Origin: an uncultured Elusimicrobia bacterium
Lineage (GTDB): Bacteria; Elusimicrobiota; Elusimicrobia; 2-01-FULL-59-12
Assembly: GCA_964506645.1 (NCBI GenBank)
Contig: CAZDML010000004.1
Location: forward strand, 1 to 43,981
Direction of reading: 5' to 3'
DNA length: 43,981 nucleotides
Shown: positions 17,001-26,526 of the stretch, piece after piece
Layout of the letters: every line of letters begins with the position of its first letter
How positions within the stretch are numbered: position 1 is the stretch's first letter
Translations under genes and position numbers: made by a program
The notes under the pieces: model-generated
Seen by the model: the letters and a program-made list of their open reading frames with translations, nothing else
Database searches by the model: none
Told to the model about the DNA's origin: nothing

Positions 17001-20000
17001 GGCTGGACGAAAACAGATCGAGGTTATTATTCTTGGGGCCTCCACCGGGGAAGAACTGGCTCGTGCGTATCATGAAATCATTTTGGCTTTGCAGGACCAA
17101 CATGAAGACCCGCGGCAATGGATTCTTCGAATCCAAGGATGGGAAATCGATGCAGGGACGGCAGCCGCTGCCGCGCGGCGCTTAGCGGGCGAAGAACCCT
17201 TTGTGTATGACTTGCCCGAGCGTGCCGACAAAGCGCCTCTTCACCTGGATTATGCTCAGCAATGCGTGAAGACGCTCAATAGTTTTCTGGGTGTGCCTGG
17301 CCATTCTTTAGAAGTGCATCAGGCAGATTTCCAGACAGCACATTTGGATGAGCTCTATCCAGAGACGGACCTCGTTATCGAAAATCAAGTCTTCTATCAG
17401 TTGGGTCTGACGAATGAGTCCATAGCGTTTTATGAACGCTTAGCCCGATGGGCTCGACCCTGGATGGTTGGGGGCGAGTTCTATTATTTGCATCAGTACG
17501 GAGGACGCCCTGTGCGCGAAGTTATGCATGAGACCCCTCTATCGGCGGGAGAACGTACGCATTTAGTCAGCTCCCCTTTAGTTATATCTCCATCAACCGT
17601 CTCTCCCATCCCAAGCATCAAAGTGGTGGCCATCGATTGGAACAGCACGCTTTATTCAGAAAGTAAGCAAACCCTACGGAAGGGAGCACGGGAATTCTTA
17701 GAAGGTCTCGGTGATCGTGGCATCACGGCTTACGTGTGGAGCAATAACCCGGACGTCTGGAATCATGTGATCCGATTCGACCTGACGGGTTTGCTCCAGA
17801 AGCCTGCTTGGATTATTAAGGATAAACGGGCCCAGTTAACGCAGTTGATAGAGCATCTTCGGGTTCCTCCCGATCAGATTGTGGCGATGGGTGATGAGGC
17901 GGCGGATATTCTCGTGGCCAAACGCTTGGGAACAAAAGCCATTCTCATTCGAAGTCGCAGCAGCGTGGATACGTCGCTTCTCGTAGGAAAAATGGTGCCG
18001 GATGCCGTCATCCCCAATCTGTATCATCCCGACAATATCGCAGATCTCATCGCCGGTGGCGTAAACCCCGACCCGGCGGGCCGTCGCTGGACCTCCTTTT
18101 TTGTGCCGCTGCAAGGAAAAATCATTATGGCCATTCCTCAAGACGGCCTTACGGGGGATGAACTGGAACGCTATGTTCGCCGTGTCGCGCCATTTCGGGA
18201 AACAAGACAATTTGTCTGGCCTTTAATGCCCGTGATGATTGTGCCCACGCTCGCCATGGCCGGGCTGCTCAGCGTCCTGCCCTATTCCGACCCTCATTCT
18301 CTGACGGCTAAAACGCTCATTTTTCTTGCTGCGGCCTCGTTCGGCGCTACGGGCGCGGTTGTGAGTGCTTGGCTCTTTCGTCTCGCCCACAGCAAGGTCT
18401 ATCACGTATCCGGACAAGAGCAACATGCGTATATTGGCGCACCTGTTCCACCGACCGCAGACGAAAAACCTCTTCTTTTTAAACGCGGACTGGTGTATGC
18501 CTTGGCGCTGGTGCTTCCTCTCTTGGGTGCTGTGGCGAGCGTCCTTTTGGGTGCGAATGCAGGAGTCGCCGCTGGACTTGCGGTCACATCCCTGGGTGCT
18601 CCCTGGGCCATACACAGCTATCGCAACAATAAGCCGTTCGGGCAGATCTTTGCGGGTCATCCTGTCTGGAAGGAATTGTTGATGGCGCACCCGTCGGAAG
18701 ACTTCCCATCGCTTTATCAAGAATTCTTGAACTTTTTGCGCTTCCTGGGACAGGAAAATCATCGTACTGATAAACCCACAACTCTCTTGCGAGACGCCCA
18801 CCATGTATTAAATCGTTGGAACATCAAACGGGTGGCAAATATTGCCATTCCTGAAGTGGTGCGACCCGATTTTGAAATGCTGAATGCGGGTGTACGACAG
18901 TCGCTTGCTGGCGTGGGCTGGGCTTCTCGAGAAGATATTCTGCAACGCCTTCGCTCCCTGGCTCATGCAGCGCCTCGAAATGAGACAGTCCTTTCCTTGG
19001 GGAGCAGTGATGGTGAGGGACTTCCTTTGCTGGAACTGGTCTTGTCTTATCGTGAAGTCACTCTTGTGGATTTGGACGATGTGAGCTTGCAGCGCGGTAT
19101 GGAGCGGCTACGTCGTGATCTTGTGCAAGATAAGCTTGGGTTAAACGCAGAACAGATAACAGCCATTCTCGCTCGTGTTCATGTGATTCGTGAAGATATT
19201 TCGGGAATTGTCGAAGAATTTACGGGTCACATAGATCATATTCTTCGCGAAGAAACGTCAGATGCCCGCCTTGTGGATGCTTTGGTTACATACCTTCGCT
19301 CCTATGGATCACGCTCTTCTTGGCCCGCACCTGCGTTCGGCGCCCACGATCTTGTTATTTGTCCACTCGTTATGACGCAGCTGCAGTCGGCCTTACCTCA
19401 CGTGATGCAAAAGCAGATCGATGCACGTATTTCTCATTTATCTCGAGAGCAACTCTTGGCCCTGATGGGTGCCGTGAATGAATTTACAGATGCGGTCATG
19501 AAGGCCCACCTGGCACACCTCGAGCAATGGGTAAAACCCACCGGGCATCTCTACTGGTCGGATACGACGGACGAGGTGGAATTTGATATTCGCGGACAAC
19601 AGCAAGCTCTCCCGATGATATCAATGGAGGCGTTCAAAGCTGCGGCCTCCAAGCATTTTGATGTTCGTCCCCTGGATCTCTGGACGTGGATTCAGACGAT
19701 TCCGACCGTCTCCATTTTGGGTCAGCTCTTCTTTGTTGAAGCGTTGGCAATGCGGCCGCATCGTGTGATCTCGGCAGGCATGCGAGTGAGAGACCGCCGA
19801 GGCCAGGAACGTGAGATTGATGAGGTTCGCGAGGATGGCAAGGTTCATCTCACAGGGGATGCCCCTCATATCTACATAAGTATGGGACTTCTGGAGATTG
19901 TTCCTGTTATCTCGCAAGAGGCCAAGAGTGAGGACACAGAGGAAGATGTAAAGCAGGGCACCCCCAGGAATTCCTATTTCTTGCTGCTTGTGCTTTTCTT

Positions 20001-23000
20001 GTTTACTGGCGGTTTGGCCCGTAGTGCGAAAGCGCAGGATGTTTCTATGCCGCATTCGTTCGTGACAGAGATGGTCTGGAGTGATTTTCCGTGGATTTCA
20101 GCATTGCTCGCGGTTGTCATCCCTGCGGCGGCCTGGGTGATATGGAAATACGTTCCTCGGTTTTGGGTGCCAGCCCCTTGGGTCGCTCAGATGGATTCTG
20201 CGGAGACCCGCTGGGAAGGTTGGCAGCAGATCCCTGCAATAGAACCAGAGACCGATGAAGTCGACGCACTCTATCACTTTTATTATTGGAGTCGTCACCC
20301 CGACTGGCAATCCTTGGCACCTCAAGATTGGAAGCAGTTAAAAGGGTTTGTCGAAAGCGCTCAAAAGCGTCAGGCTGCAGAGGGTTTCCCGGTTCTGGTT
20401 CTCCCGCCGGATCTGCTGGCGACGCTGCTCGCACAGCCGGAGGGCCTGGCCGAGCTCCTGCGCCGCGTTCATCCTTACACCCTCCAGTCGCTCGAGCATG
20501 CCGACTCGCCGGTGTCGCGCTTCACCATGCATGAGGGCGTGTACTACCAGCTTTTTGCAGAAAAATTACTTGGACGTCTGCCGGAAGGGGGCGTGAATCT
20601 TATAAATATTGATCCGCATTCGGACGCGATTTACCAGGCCCACGAGTATATGTCGAATCGCTTTTTGCGGGGCACAAATCAGGAGAAGGCCACGCAGCGG
20701 CTGCACTATAAGGGCGTCACAGATTTTAATTGGATCGCCGCCGCGGTCGGGGATGGGCTGGTGCGCGAAGCCGTGACCATCCCGCCGAAGCAAACGATCT
20801 GGACCGTGGGTCATATTCGCCGCCACGCCGAAGGGTGGCCGATGGTTATGGAGACCGATATCAGCGATCTCGGTAAAGCAGCTGAGTTTACTGAGGAGGC
20901 CCCGCTCTGGGTCACCGTGGATATGGATATGTTCAGCTTGCGCTCTGAATTTGTCCCTCAGCAGACGATTTATCATCATGGCGAACGGACGGCACGCGCG
21001 ATCATCGAGCTAATGGTTGCAGATCTTGGGTTGCATCGAAAGAAGATCGATCGCTTGTCGACGGCGGTCTCTCCAACCTACATCTCACTAAAGGCTACCC
21101 CTAAACAGATCGACATGTACCAGAGGGTTACCGAGGAAGTGCTTTCACCGCTGCTTCGGCCCAAGGCGACGGCAGCCCCAACTCCGATGGGGTCGTCCCC
21201 CGTACTCAAGGTACTCTTGGAAGCGTTGGGACTTAGCGATGCGGTCATTGCCAACTCGGAAAATGTGCAAGAGACGGGAGCGCCCTATACCCTCAAGCGG
21301 TTGCAGCTTCCCGTGCGATCGAGTCAGCATGGCGTCCCCCAGGGCCTGGATATTCTTCGACATGAGTTGACACTGCATTACCTAGGCCCCCTGAGTATGG
21401 ACTTGGTGTATTCTAAAGAGGGCACGTTGGTGGCCATTTCGCCGACCCCCAGCACATCCCTTCCTAAAAAACTGTTTTACATCGATGCGACGCCGTACCA
21501 GTTCACTTTTCCGCAATCCTCGGAGGCACGCGCAGAGTGGGAGAAATTTGTAGCGCAATACAAACGGGACCAGGATGTCGTGCGTGTGTATCTGTCCTAC
21601 TTCAAACGATCCAGCGGATTAGAGCCACGACGGCTCAATAGCCTGGCCCCACTCGCGCACGCCCATTACGATGCTGCCGATAAAAAATGGGAGGTCGCCG
21701 GCATAAACATCCATTTATTCGATATTACGCGCTGGCTTTCGGCCGCTGCGAAACTCGGACGCCGTATCGTTTTGCCTGTCTTTCCTACGGTGTATCATCC
21801 GCAGTCCACCCAACTATCAGAATCCGACCGCAACTACTACAAGGCGTTGCACGAAGAGGTGTCTTATAAAAAGGACCAGCGTATTCTGGTTGTCGGTCCC
21901 GGATCCGGACTGGAAGTCTGGGCGTTAGCCCAGAAAACAGAGCTTCCAATTTCTGTCATTGGCATCAATCCGTTGGAAGTCGCCAACGTGAAAGCGCTCG
22001 CTGCGCTCGGGGGCTTTTCCGTTAATATTCTCGTTGGCGATAACGTCATCGATGAAAACGGCCATCCTCGATTCCCGGGAATAGAATTCGATGTCATCGT
22101 CTGGAACATGCCGGCGCTGGAACATCCGCTAACCTACGACTTAACGCATAAGCAGTTGCATCAGTATCACGATGGCGATTTGGGCGGCGAAACCCTCTCC
22201 CGTTTTGGCATTGGACTTCTAAAAGTTCTCGCTCCACAAGGTTACTCTCTTATATGGAACCGCTTGCCGCGCGGTACAGAAAATCCTGCACAGGTGATCC
22301 GAGACTACCTGCATCTGAAGGTAGAGGATTCACAGACGACTTCATTTGAAGTGGAGGAATTAGATCGCGGTGTCTATCGGATTTCCCGCGCGCCTTCGGT
22401 CGCACAGCGCGTGGGAATGGGCATGCCGCACCATCTCTACAACCTTTACCATCCGGAGGCTGTACTGACGCGTTCGGGGGATTCCTCCATGAAACCAAAA
22501 CATTCGCGGCGGCCCTGGGGTGTGATTGTTCTGGGCTTAGCTTCGGGTTTTGCAGGCGGGATGTCCCTTCTACTGGCGCAGAACGGCACGCTGCATGAGA
22601 TGTATCCTGAGGTTCTTCTTTTTACGCTCATCAGTGGTGTCGTGACAAGCCTTGTGTGGGCCTCCCTGCAGGAAATGCATGCTACGAAAAGTGAGTCGTA
22701 TTCTTCACGTCTGAGTATCTACTTAGCGCTGTCGGTTTTGTGTGTTGGCAGTTGTATGCCTCTATCCCTGGGTATTTTTACCGGTGTCTTTATTCATTTG
22801 TTTATTTCGCTCAGTCTTCGCTCCTCCGATGATGCGGTAAAGACGCCGGAAGCGGTTTTGTCGCGACTCTGGCCCGCCTTTTTTGCGTCTTTAGAATCTC
22901 AGCAGCCGGAGGAGCGTGAGCGCGCGGAAGCTGCCTTGATCGATGGGTTGTTCGTTTTTGCCATGCATCCACGTCTCTATCTACGGCGCATTATGACGCT

Positions 23001-23730
23001 GGCCAAACAAGAGCGGGCCACGACGCCTCTATCCGAAGATCATGAACTACGTTGGCTCGCCAAAGAGGCCCAAGGAGCATTGCGCTCCATGGGCGTTGCC
23101 GTTGTCCTGAGCGACGGGCAGGACACCCACGGTTTCTGGCATCTGTCCCCTCGTTTGTATCGTGTGCTGCGTACGGATGCTGCATCTGCCCAGATGGATG
23201 GAAAGCCGCTTCGCATCGTATACGCCCACCATCTCGACAGACGCCCGCGCGCGCAAGACCCGATGTATCTTGATAAGAAGGAGAACGTGCTTTATGTGAA
23301 CATTGATTACTTTGTGGCATTAGCAAAGAAGTTGACGGCGCTCCAAGATCTTCCTGAATTTACGAATGAATTGATCGCCTCATCGGTGCACCATGAATTC
23401 GCCATCCCCTTGTCCGAATATCATTTCGAGCCTCTGCCGTTAGAGGAGGCGCTGTTTTCTCCGGACCGTTCTACGTCCAAGGGACGTTGGTGGAACACGT
23501 TCTTAAAGGGCCTCTTTTTTGGCCTATTTTTTGTTGTTCCTGCGTTGCTCGATGCGCAAACGATCCGTCCGAATGTGGATGCTATGACGCTGGCTTCCAA
23601 AATCCATGGGGTTTCTTCTTCGGGATACTCGGGGGTGTCCTCCTGGACCGTAGACGATCTTTTCCATTCCAAACCCAAAGGGCGGATGGTCACGCCCATC
23701 GATCATGAGCGACTGCGCCGCGCCGCGTAA
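14050..23730 (+). CDS. Giant mosaic membrane protein (3226 aa): conserved leader, possible kinase-like region, DUF218/YdcF, CheR-like methyltransferase, HAD-like, TM bundle, second SAM-MTase, internal signal peptide, UPF0489-like, HemK/MTS-like MTase, TM bundle, internal signal peptide, ..RRAA tail
   Basis: Uninterrupted 9.7-kb ORF. DUF218 IIVIFG..IFVTGGSG..GEA..ESRATNTEDNA (~16150-16540); LGASTGEE (~17035); IDWNSTL..MGDEAADI (~17617-18030); LSLGSSDG..VDLD (~18980-19760); IDPHSD..FNWIAAAV..VDMDMF (~20520-21140); VVGPGSG..DVIVWNMP (~21770-22380). Confidence 0.88.
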   Translation: MKSHLFTRIIAAVLCLAMGQEPAAQAAQWATANEQRATHCASRMAHRDVSPFSSQALVGCLIAGFVGFHALHQGHAEAMQLRINAGTLLGILTGSAVLGIMKSGDSTPPPIALQIQYLSTAPPPIYQDAIRHFFDEEDYLSLRESVRLSGGPDNLDGYRVALFIKTVQSAEIAIVSEVRYEAIHTVTGKTHKGKFALHSSWLDNPEDLQQELLTLERLRNDSPDLFESIPALYTVARILIDRNQPIIFGTTDWVPVEDINFRLNPSGTHLEPYITYLDQPSDSLSPEDADWVTREIARLLISTALTGTTLVPSLNTGMFALERRSGDRPKVWLVGGTPLREEAIESAVGALAEQFLMLLGLRLYDAEEHRAKNMDTGLPTHPIFTPEQLLAGFHAMLIDKVGAVSGMKLFIAFVAQLGYSIERLNTLEEYTGFTPEALTERLTAYLHTLHPRAIVAKSPWGQLYGELNEGKEHLQTLLKKEGLQILLRAYPQIQELIDTARFADLKVLIEDIIAPEQETTILFEAPFIQSLKYLRQIQFLRKEDAVPFVRDVFKAIVGQFVNEHQIGFVAGQSEAIALAVEQLQALYEEVWGWTDDLQTFMVELVAAREWSVEEASHKLKRLLVALTERHRTYNQSIRLRKPGFENKPYAMTGGSSERAVVRWPYVGIEGQQPLSHTGVWPQAQALLDFLSTPTTKLPKYADIIVIFGNDLLASSRKGAELYKQYTAAAKKLGRPFPKIFVTGGSGRDTPAHWVKGEAHAHQQILREHAISPGRIFRESRATNTEDNAIAAANFFLQRGYTEEDPVDTVVVIQSPASTLRAQLTLEKWAGTLARRVVGVAPFDPDIERSDPATRLRLLETAVGEIGRLLDYPGKGYFRAVEIPDEILQLTLDVQRSLLTDPSLRPETRTALIRWGDVMSVELVRRALPAGRSPQHFPPPAPFEPTTRILTASGNSNMSYLNRHTSQWSWMRRELWPTMIQAKVAAGRKQIEVIILGASTGEELARAYHEIILALQDQHEDPRQWILRIQGWEIDAGTAAAAARRLAGEEPFVYDLPERADKAPLHLDYAQQCVKTLNSFLGVPGHSLEVHQADFQTAHLDELYPETDLVIENQVFYQLGLTNESIAFYERLARWARPWMVGGEFYYLHQYGGRPVREVMHETPLSAGERTHLVSSPLVISPSTVSPIPSIKVVAIDWNSTLYSESKQTLRKGAREFLEGLGDRGITAYVWSNNPDVWNHVIRFDLTGLLQKPAWIIKDKRAQLTQLIEHLRVPPDQIVAMGDEAADILVAKRLGTKAILIRSRSSVDTSLLVGKMVPDAVIPNLYHPDNIADLIAGGVNPDPAGRRWTSFFVPLQGKIIMAIPQDGLTGDELERYVRRVAPFRETRQFVWPLMPVMIVPTLAMAGLLSVLPYSDPHSLTAKTLIFLAAASFGATGAVVSAWLFRLAHSKVYHVSGQEQHAYIGAPVPPTADEKPLLFKRGLVYALALVLPLLGAVASVLLGANAGVAAGLAVTSLGAPWAIHSYRNNKPFGQIFAGHPVWKELLMAHPSEDFPSLYQEFLNFLRFLGQENHRTDKPTTLLRDAHHVLNRWNIKRVANIAIPEVVRPDFEMLNAGVRQSLAGVGWASREDILQRLRSLAHAAPRNETVLSLGSSDGEGLPLLELVLSYREVTLVDLDDVSLQRGMERLRRDLVQDKLGLNAEQITAILARVHVIREDISGIVEEFTGHIDHILREETSDARLVDALVTYLRSYGSRSSWPAPAFGAHDLVICPLVMTQLQSALPHVMQKQIDARISHLSREQLLALMGAVNEFTDAVMKAHLAHLEQWVKPTGHLYWSDTTDEVEFDIRGQQQALPMISMEAFKAAASKHFDVRPLDLWTWIQTIPTVSILGQLFFVEALAMRPHRVISAGMRVRDRRGQEREIDEVREDGKVHLTGDAPHIYISMGLLEIVPVISQEAKSEDTEEDVKQGTPRNSYFLLLVLFLFTGGLARSAKAQDVSMPHSFVTEMVWSDFPWISALLAVVIPAAAWVIWKYVPRFWVPAPWVAQMDSAETRWEGWQQIPAIEPETDEVDALYHFYYWSRHPDWQSLAPQDWKQLKGFVESAQKRQAAEGFPVLVLPPDLLATLLAQPEGLAELLRRVHPYTLQSLEHADSPVSRFTMHEGVYYQLFAEKLLGRLPEGGVNLINIDPHSDAIYQAHEYMSNRFLRGTNQEKATQRLHYKGVTDFNWIAAAVGDGLVREAVTIPPKQTIWTVGHIRRHAEGWPMVMETDISDLGKAAEFTEEAPLWVTVDMDMFSLRSEFVPQQTIYHHGERTARAIIELMVADLGLHRKKIDRLSTAVSPTYISLKATPKQIDMYQRVTEEVLSPLLRPKATAAPTPMGSSPVLKVLLEALGLSDAVIANSENVQETGAPYTLKRLQLPVRSSQHGVPQGLDILRHELTLHYLGPLSMDLVYSKEGTLVAISPTPSTSLPKKLFYIDATPYQFTFPQSSEARAEWEKFVAQYKRDQDVVRVYLSYFKRSSGLEPRRLNSLAPLAHAHYDAADKKWEVAGINIHLFDITRWLSAAAKLGRRIVLPVFPTVYHPQSTQLSESDRNYYKALHEEVSYKKDQRILVVGPGSGLEVWALAQKTELPISVIGINPLEVANVKALAALGGFSVNILVGDNVIDENGHPRFPGIEFDVIVWNMPALEHPLTYDLTHKQLHQYHDGDLGGETLSRFGIGLLKVLAPQGYSLIWNRLPRGTENPAQVIRDYLHLKVEDSQTTSFEVEELDRGVYRISRAPSVAQRVGMGMPHHLYNLYHPEAVLTRSGDSSMKPKHSRRPWGVIVLGLASGFAGGMSLLLAQNGTLHEMYPEVLLFTLISGVVTSLVWASLQEMHATKSESYSSRLSIYLALSVLCVGSCMPLSLGIFTGVFIHLFISLSLRSSDDAVKTPEAVLSRLWPAFFASLESQQPEERERAEAALIDGLFVFAMHPRLYLRRIMTLAKQERATTPLSEDHELRWLAKEAQGALRSMGVAVVLSDGQDTHGFWHLSPRLYRVLRTDAASAQMDGKPLRIVYAHHLDRRPRAQDPMYLDKKENVLYVNIDYFVALAKKLTALQDLPEFTNELIASSVHHEFAIPLSEYHFEPLPLEEALFSPDRSTSKGRWWNTFLKGLFFGLFFVVPALLDAQTIRPNVDAMTLASKIHGVSSSGYSGVSSWTVDDLFHSKPKGRMVTPIDHERLRRAA
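14128..14199. repeat. In-frame heptamer-periodic imperfect palindrome inside the giant ORF
   Basis: gcaatgg-gcaacgg-ccaatga-gcaacgg / attgcgc-atcgcgc-atggccc-atcgcga; GCGCAATG (14128) is the reverse complement of CATTGCGC (14164). Confidence 0.6.
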
Positions 23731-23776
23731 GCGCCCTACTTTCTTCCGACGAAATGAATTAAGATAGTCTCCGCAT

Positions 23777-24475
23777 ATGCCTCGATTAACAGGACTTTCC
23801 TTAGCCTTTCCCTGTCATAACGAAGAAGCCAATGTAGAGCGTGTGACGCGAGACGCGCTGCGCGTGGCGGCCCAGGTGGCGGATCGTTATGAAGTGATTC
23901 TTGTCGATGACGGCAGTCGCGACCGCACCGCGGAGATCGTGACGCGTCTAGCGCAGGAGTTTCCCCAGGTGCGTCTCGTGCGGCACCCGGTCAATAAAGG
24001 ATACGGTGAGGCGCTTAAATCCGGTTTTCGCGCGGCAACCATGCCCTGGGTGTTTTATTCCGATGGGGATGGACAATTTGATCTTAATGAACTACCCGCA
24101 CTGATTGAAAAAACGAAAGAGGCCGATATTGTTTCTGGTATTCGTGTTCACCGCGCTGACCCTTGGCATCGCAAAATGAATGCCGCTATTTTTGAACTGG
24201 CGGGCCGGATATTCTTCGGGTTACATGTACCCGATGTTGATTGTGCCTTTAAAATTTATAGGCGGGATCTTTTCGATAAGATTCGCATGAACACTTCGGG
24301 GGCCATGATCGATACGGAAGTATTGGTCAAAGCCAAACGGGCGGGATACCGTATCACGACCCTACCCGTTCGGCATCTCCCTCGGCAAGCCGGAGTGCAA
24401 TCCGGTGCGAAACTGCGCGTGATTCTGCGTGCCATGAAAGAATTCTGGGTGTTGTGGTGGGATCTGAGAAAGTAG
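23777..24475 (+). CDS. GT2 glycosyltransferase (polyprenol-phosphate sugar synthase, DPM1-like)
   Basis: FPCHNEE, VILVDDGSRD, NKGYGEA, DGDGQ (DxD), DVDCAFK motifs. Confidence 0.9.
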   Translation: MPRLTGLSLAFPCHNEEANVERVTRDALRVAAQVADRYEVILVDDGSRDRTAEIVTRLAQEFPQVRLVRHPVNKGYGEALKSGFRAATMPWVFYSDGDGQFDLNELPALIEKTKEADIVSGIRVHRADPWHRKMNAAIFELAGRIFFGLHVPDVDCAFKIYRRDLFDKIRMNTSGAMIDTEVLVKAKRAGYRITTLPVRHLPRQAGVQSGAKLRVILRAMKEFWVLWWDLRK

Positions 24476-26526
24476 CACAACGCCGTCTGGTGTGGACCGT
24501 CCTGGCGGCGATGGTTCTGGTCGCCGGGAGCATCATCCGGTGGCATCGTATCGACACGCGCCCGCCGGCCTGGGACCAGAGCGTGCATCTCCATCTCGCT
24601 CTCGACTATCGTGACTGTCTCCTTCACGGAAAACCCGTCACTTCTCCCTGGACGGCTGTTTATCCGCCGCTGTATCACCTTTCCTTAATCCCGGTATTGT
24701 CGCTCGGGACCCCTTCCGAAGCCAAAGCCGCGTTCATGCATCTGTTTTATTTTGCACTTCTCCTGTGGGGGCTTCTGCGCTTAACGCGAAGACTGGGCGC
24801 GGAGCCCGAAACCGCTGTGCTGGCGGGACTGCTGAGCGCGTCCTACGCCATTGTCATTTACACCATGCATTACGCACTGATCGATTTTCCGCTGACGGCG
24901 TGGGTTGTTTTTTCACTGGCGCTTCTCGCTGAGACCGAATCATTTACGCATCGCCGGAATTCTCTGATGTGGGGTGTTAGCGCCGGCTTGGGCGTCTTAT
25001 TTAAATTCCCTTTCGTACTTTTCTTTGCGGGGCCTGTTGCAGTAGCCATCGTCCAAAGCCGTTCGCGCAAAAACGCAGGGCTGGCTATTCTTACAGCGGT
25101 TGCTGTAGCTGCCCTGTGGTATGGTTGGCAGGGACCGGTCTTTCTACAGAACGCGCTCGGTTTGGCCGGAGAACGCGGTGCAGCGGAAGGGGACCCCTCC
25201 TGGACCCAGTGGCAGGGGTGGGCGTTTTACCTGGGCGCGCTGTACGACCAGCTGGGCATGGGCCCTCTTCTCTTCACGGGGATAGGGCTTGTTCTTTTTG
25301 TAGGAAAAAAAGAAGCACGCTCTCGCGCTGGTCTCATTGGTCTGACCTTGCTTTCCGGCTATCTGCTCTTCACGCTAATTCATAACAAGGATTTTCGCTA
25401 CACCACGCCTCTCTTGCCGCTCTTGGCCCTTCTTACGATCCTGGGCTATTATGGGACCGTTCGAAATCGGGGGGGCCGAGCCGTGATCACCGCCTGTGTG
25501 CTCGGACTCTGGCAGTGGAATGTGACGCATGTGGATTTGCCGCGTGCTGAGCACTGGAAGCATCGTGAGTTGGGCGAGATTCTGACGCACGCGCACGATC
25601 CTTCGCAGCCGTTTCTTCTCGTGAGCGTGTTGTCCAATCACCCGATGCTCTTTGGGCGAAACTTGCGCTGGAGTCTGCGATCGCAAGGAATCCGCATGGA
25701 TACTTCGTCGGTCGGTGATCCCAACGCGGACTTTGCCGAATTTGTGATTACAAAGTCGGGGGACGGCGGGCCGGAATCGGATGCGATTCGTCGTACGTGG
25801 CAATCACTGCAGGACGCCGGCCGGTCGTTTACAGCACTATTTCGTCCGATCGCTCAGGTGGATCTTCCGGATGGAAGCCAGGCGACGGTCTATCAGCGCG
25901 ATGTGCATCCGCGCTTCAAAGTGACACCGCTGAGCGTCAAAGCGGTGGAGAAAAAGATTCTTATGCTTGCGCGTGAGGCTGCAGGGAAGGGCTCGAAAGT
26001 TGTTATCCTGGCTACACCTGAACAGCTGCGCGAAGGGCGTATGGCCTTGGCGCGCCTGCATCTTCAAAACGGAACCGTGCAGGGTATTGCGTTGCCGCCC
26101 ATCGATGCAGAAATCACCGAAGCCCGACTGAATTTGTACCGACTTTACGACCGTCATGAGCCAGGGCTCTTGTCCTTTGGGTCACTGCACGTGAGCACTC
26201 AGATATCAGCACGGCAGGTCGAAGAAGAACTGAATTCGCGCGTGAAAGGCTTATCGAAAGCGCAGGCTCACTTTAAAAATGGCACGGTCGGCGTCCATGC
26301 GCGGCTTCACGGTATACCTCTTTCGGCATGGGCGCGCGTGGCTATTAAAAACGAGAAGCTCGTTGCGACAATCACCTGGTTGCGCGTCGCAGGGGTTCCG
26401 ATTCCTGGATTCTTGTTCGGGAAAGTCCACATTCAGAGCGTTCCGCTTTATCCAATTCCGTCGTTCCCGGGCCGTATTGATATCCGCAACCTCCACCTCG
26501 ACAACGATCTATTAACGCTCTCATGA
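24454..26526 (+). CDS. GT-C fold membrane glycosyltransferase (ArnT/GT39-like) with C-terminal LmeA/DUF2993-like domain
   Basis: PPAWDQSVH first-loop acidic motif, YPPLYH, about 11 TMs, KFPF, NKDFRY; C-terminal beta-rich soluble region. Confidence 0.8.
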   Translation: MVGSEKVAQRRLVWTVLAAMVLVAGSIIRWHRIDTRPPAWDQSVHLHLALDYRDCLLHGKPVTSPWTAVYPPLYHLSLIPVLSLGTPSEAKAAFMHLFYFALLLWGLLRLTRRLGAEPETAVLAGLLSASYAIVIYTMHYALIDFPLTAWVVFSLALLAETESFTHRRNSLMWGVSAGLGVLFKFPFVLFFAGPVAVAIVQSRSRKNAGLAILTAVAVAALWYGWQGPVFLQNALGLAGERGAAEGDPSWTQWQGWAFYLGALYDQLGMGPLLFTGIGLVLFVGKKEARSRAGLIGLTLLSGYLLFTLIHNKDFRYTTPLLPLLALLTILGYYGTVRNRGGRAVITACVLGLWQWNVTHVDLPRAEHWKHRELGEILTHAHDPSQPFLLVSVLSNHPMLFGRNLRWSLRSQGIRMDTSSVGDPNADFAEFVITKSGDGGPESDAIRRTWQSLQDAGRSFTALFRPIAQVDLPDGSQATVYQRDVHPRFKVTPLSVKAVEKKILMLAREAAGKGSKVVILATPEQLREGRMALARLHLQNGTVQGIALPPIDAEITEARLNLYRLYDRHEPGLLSFGSLHVSTQISARQVEEELNSRVKGLSKAQAHFKNGTVGVHARLHGIPLSAWARVAIKNEKLVATITWLRVAGVPIPGFLFGKVHIQSVPLYPIPSFPGRIDIRNLHLDNDLLTLS

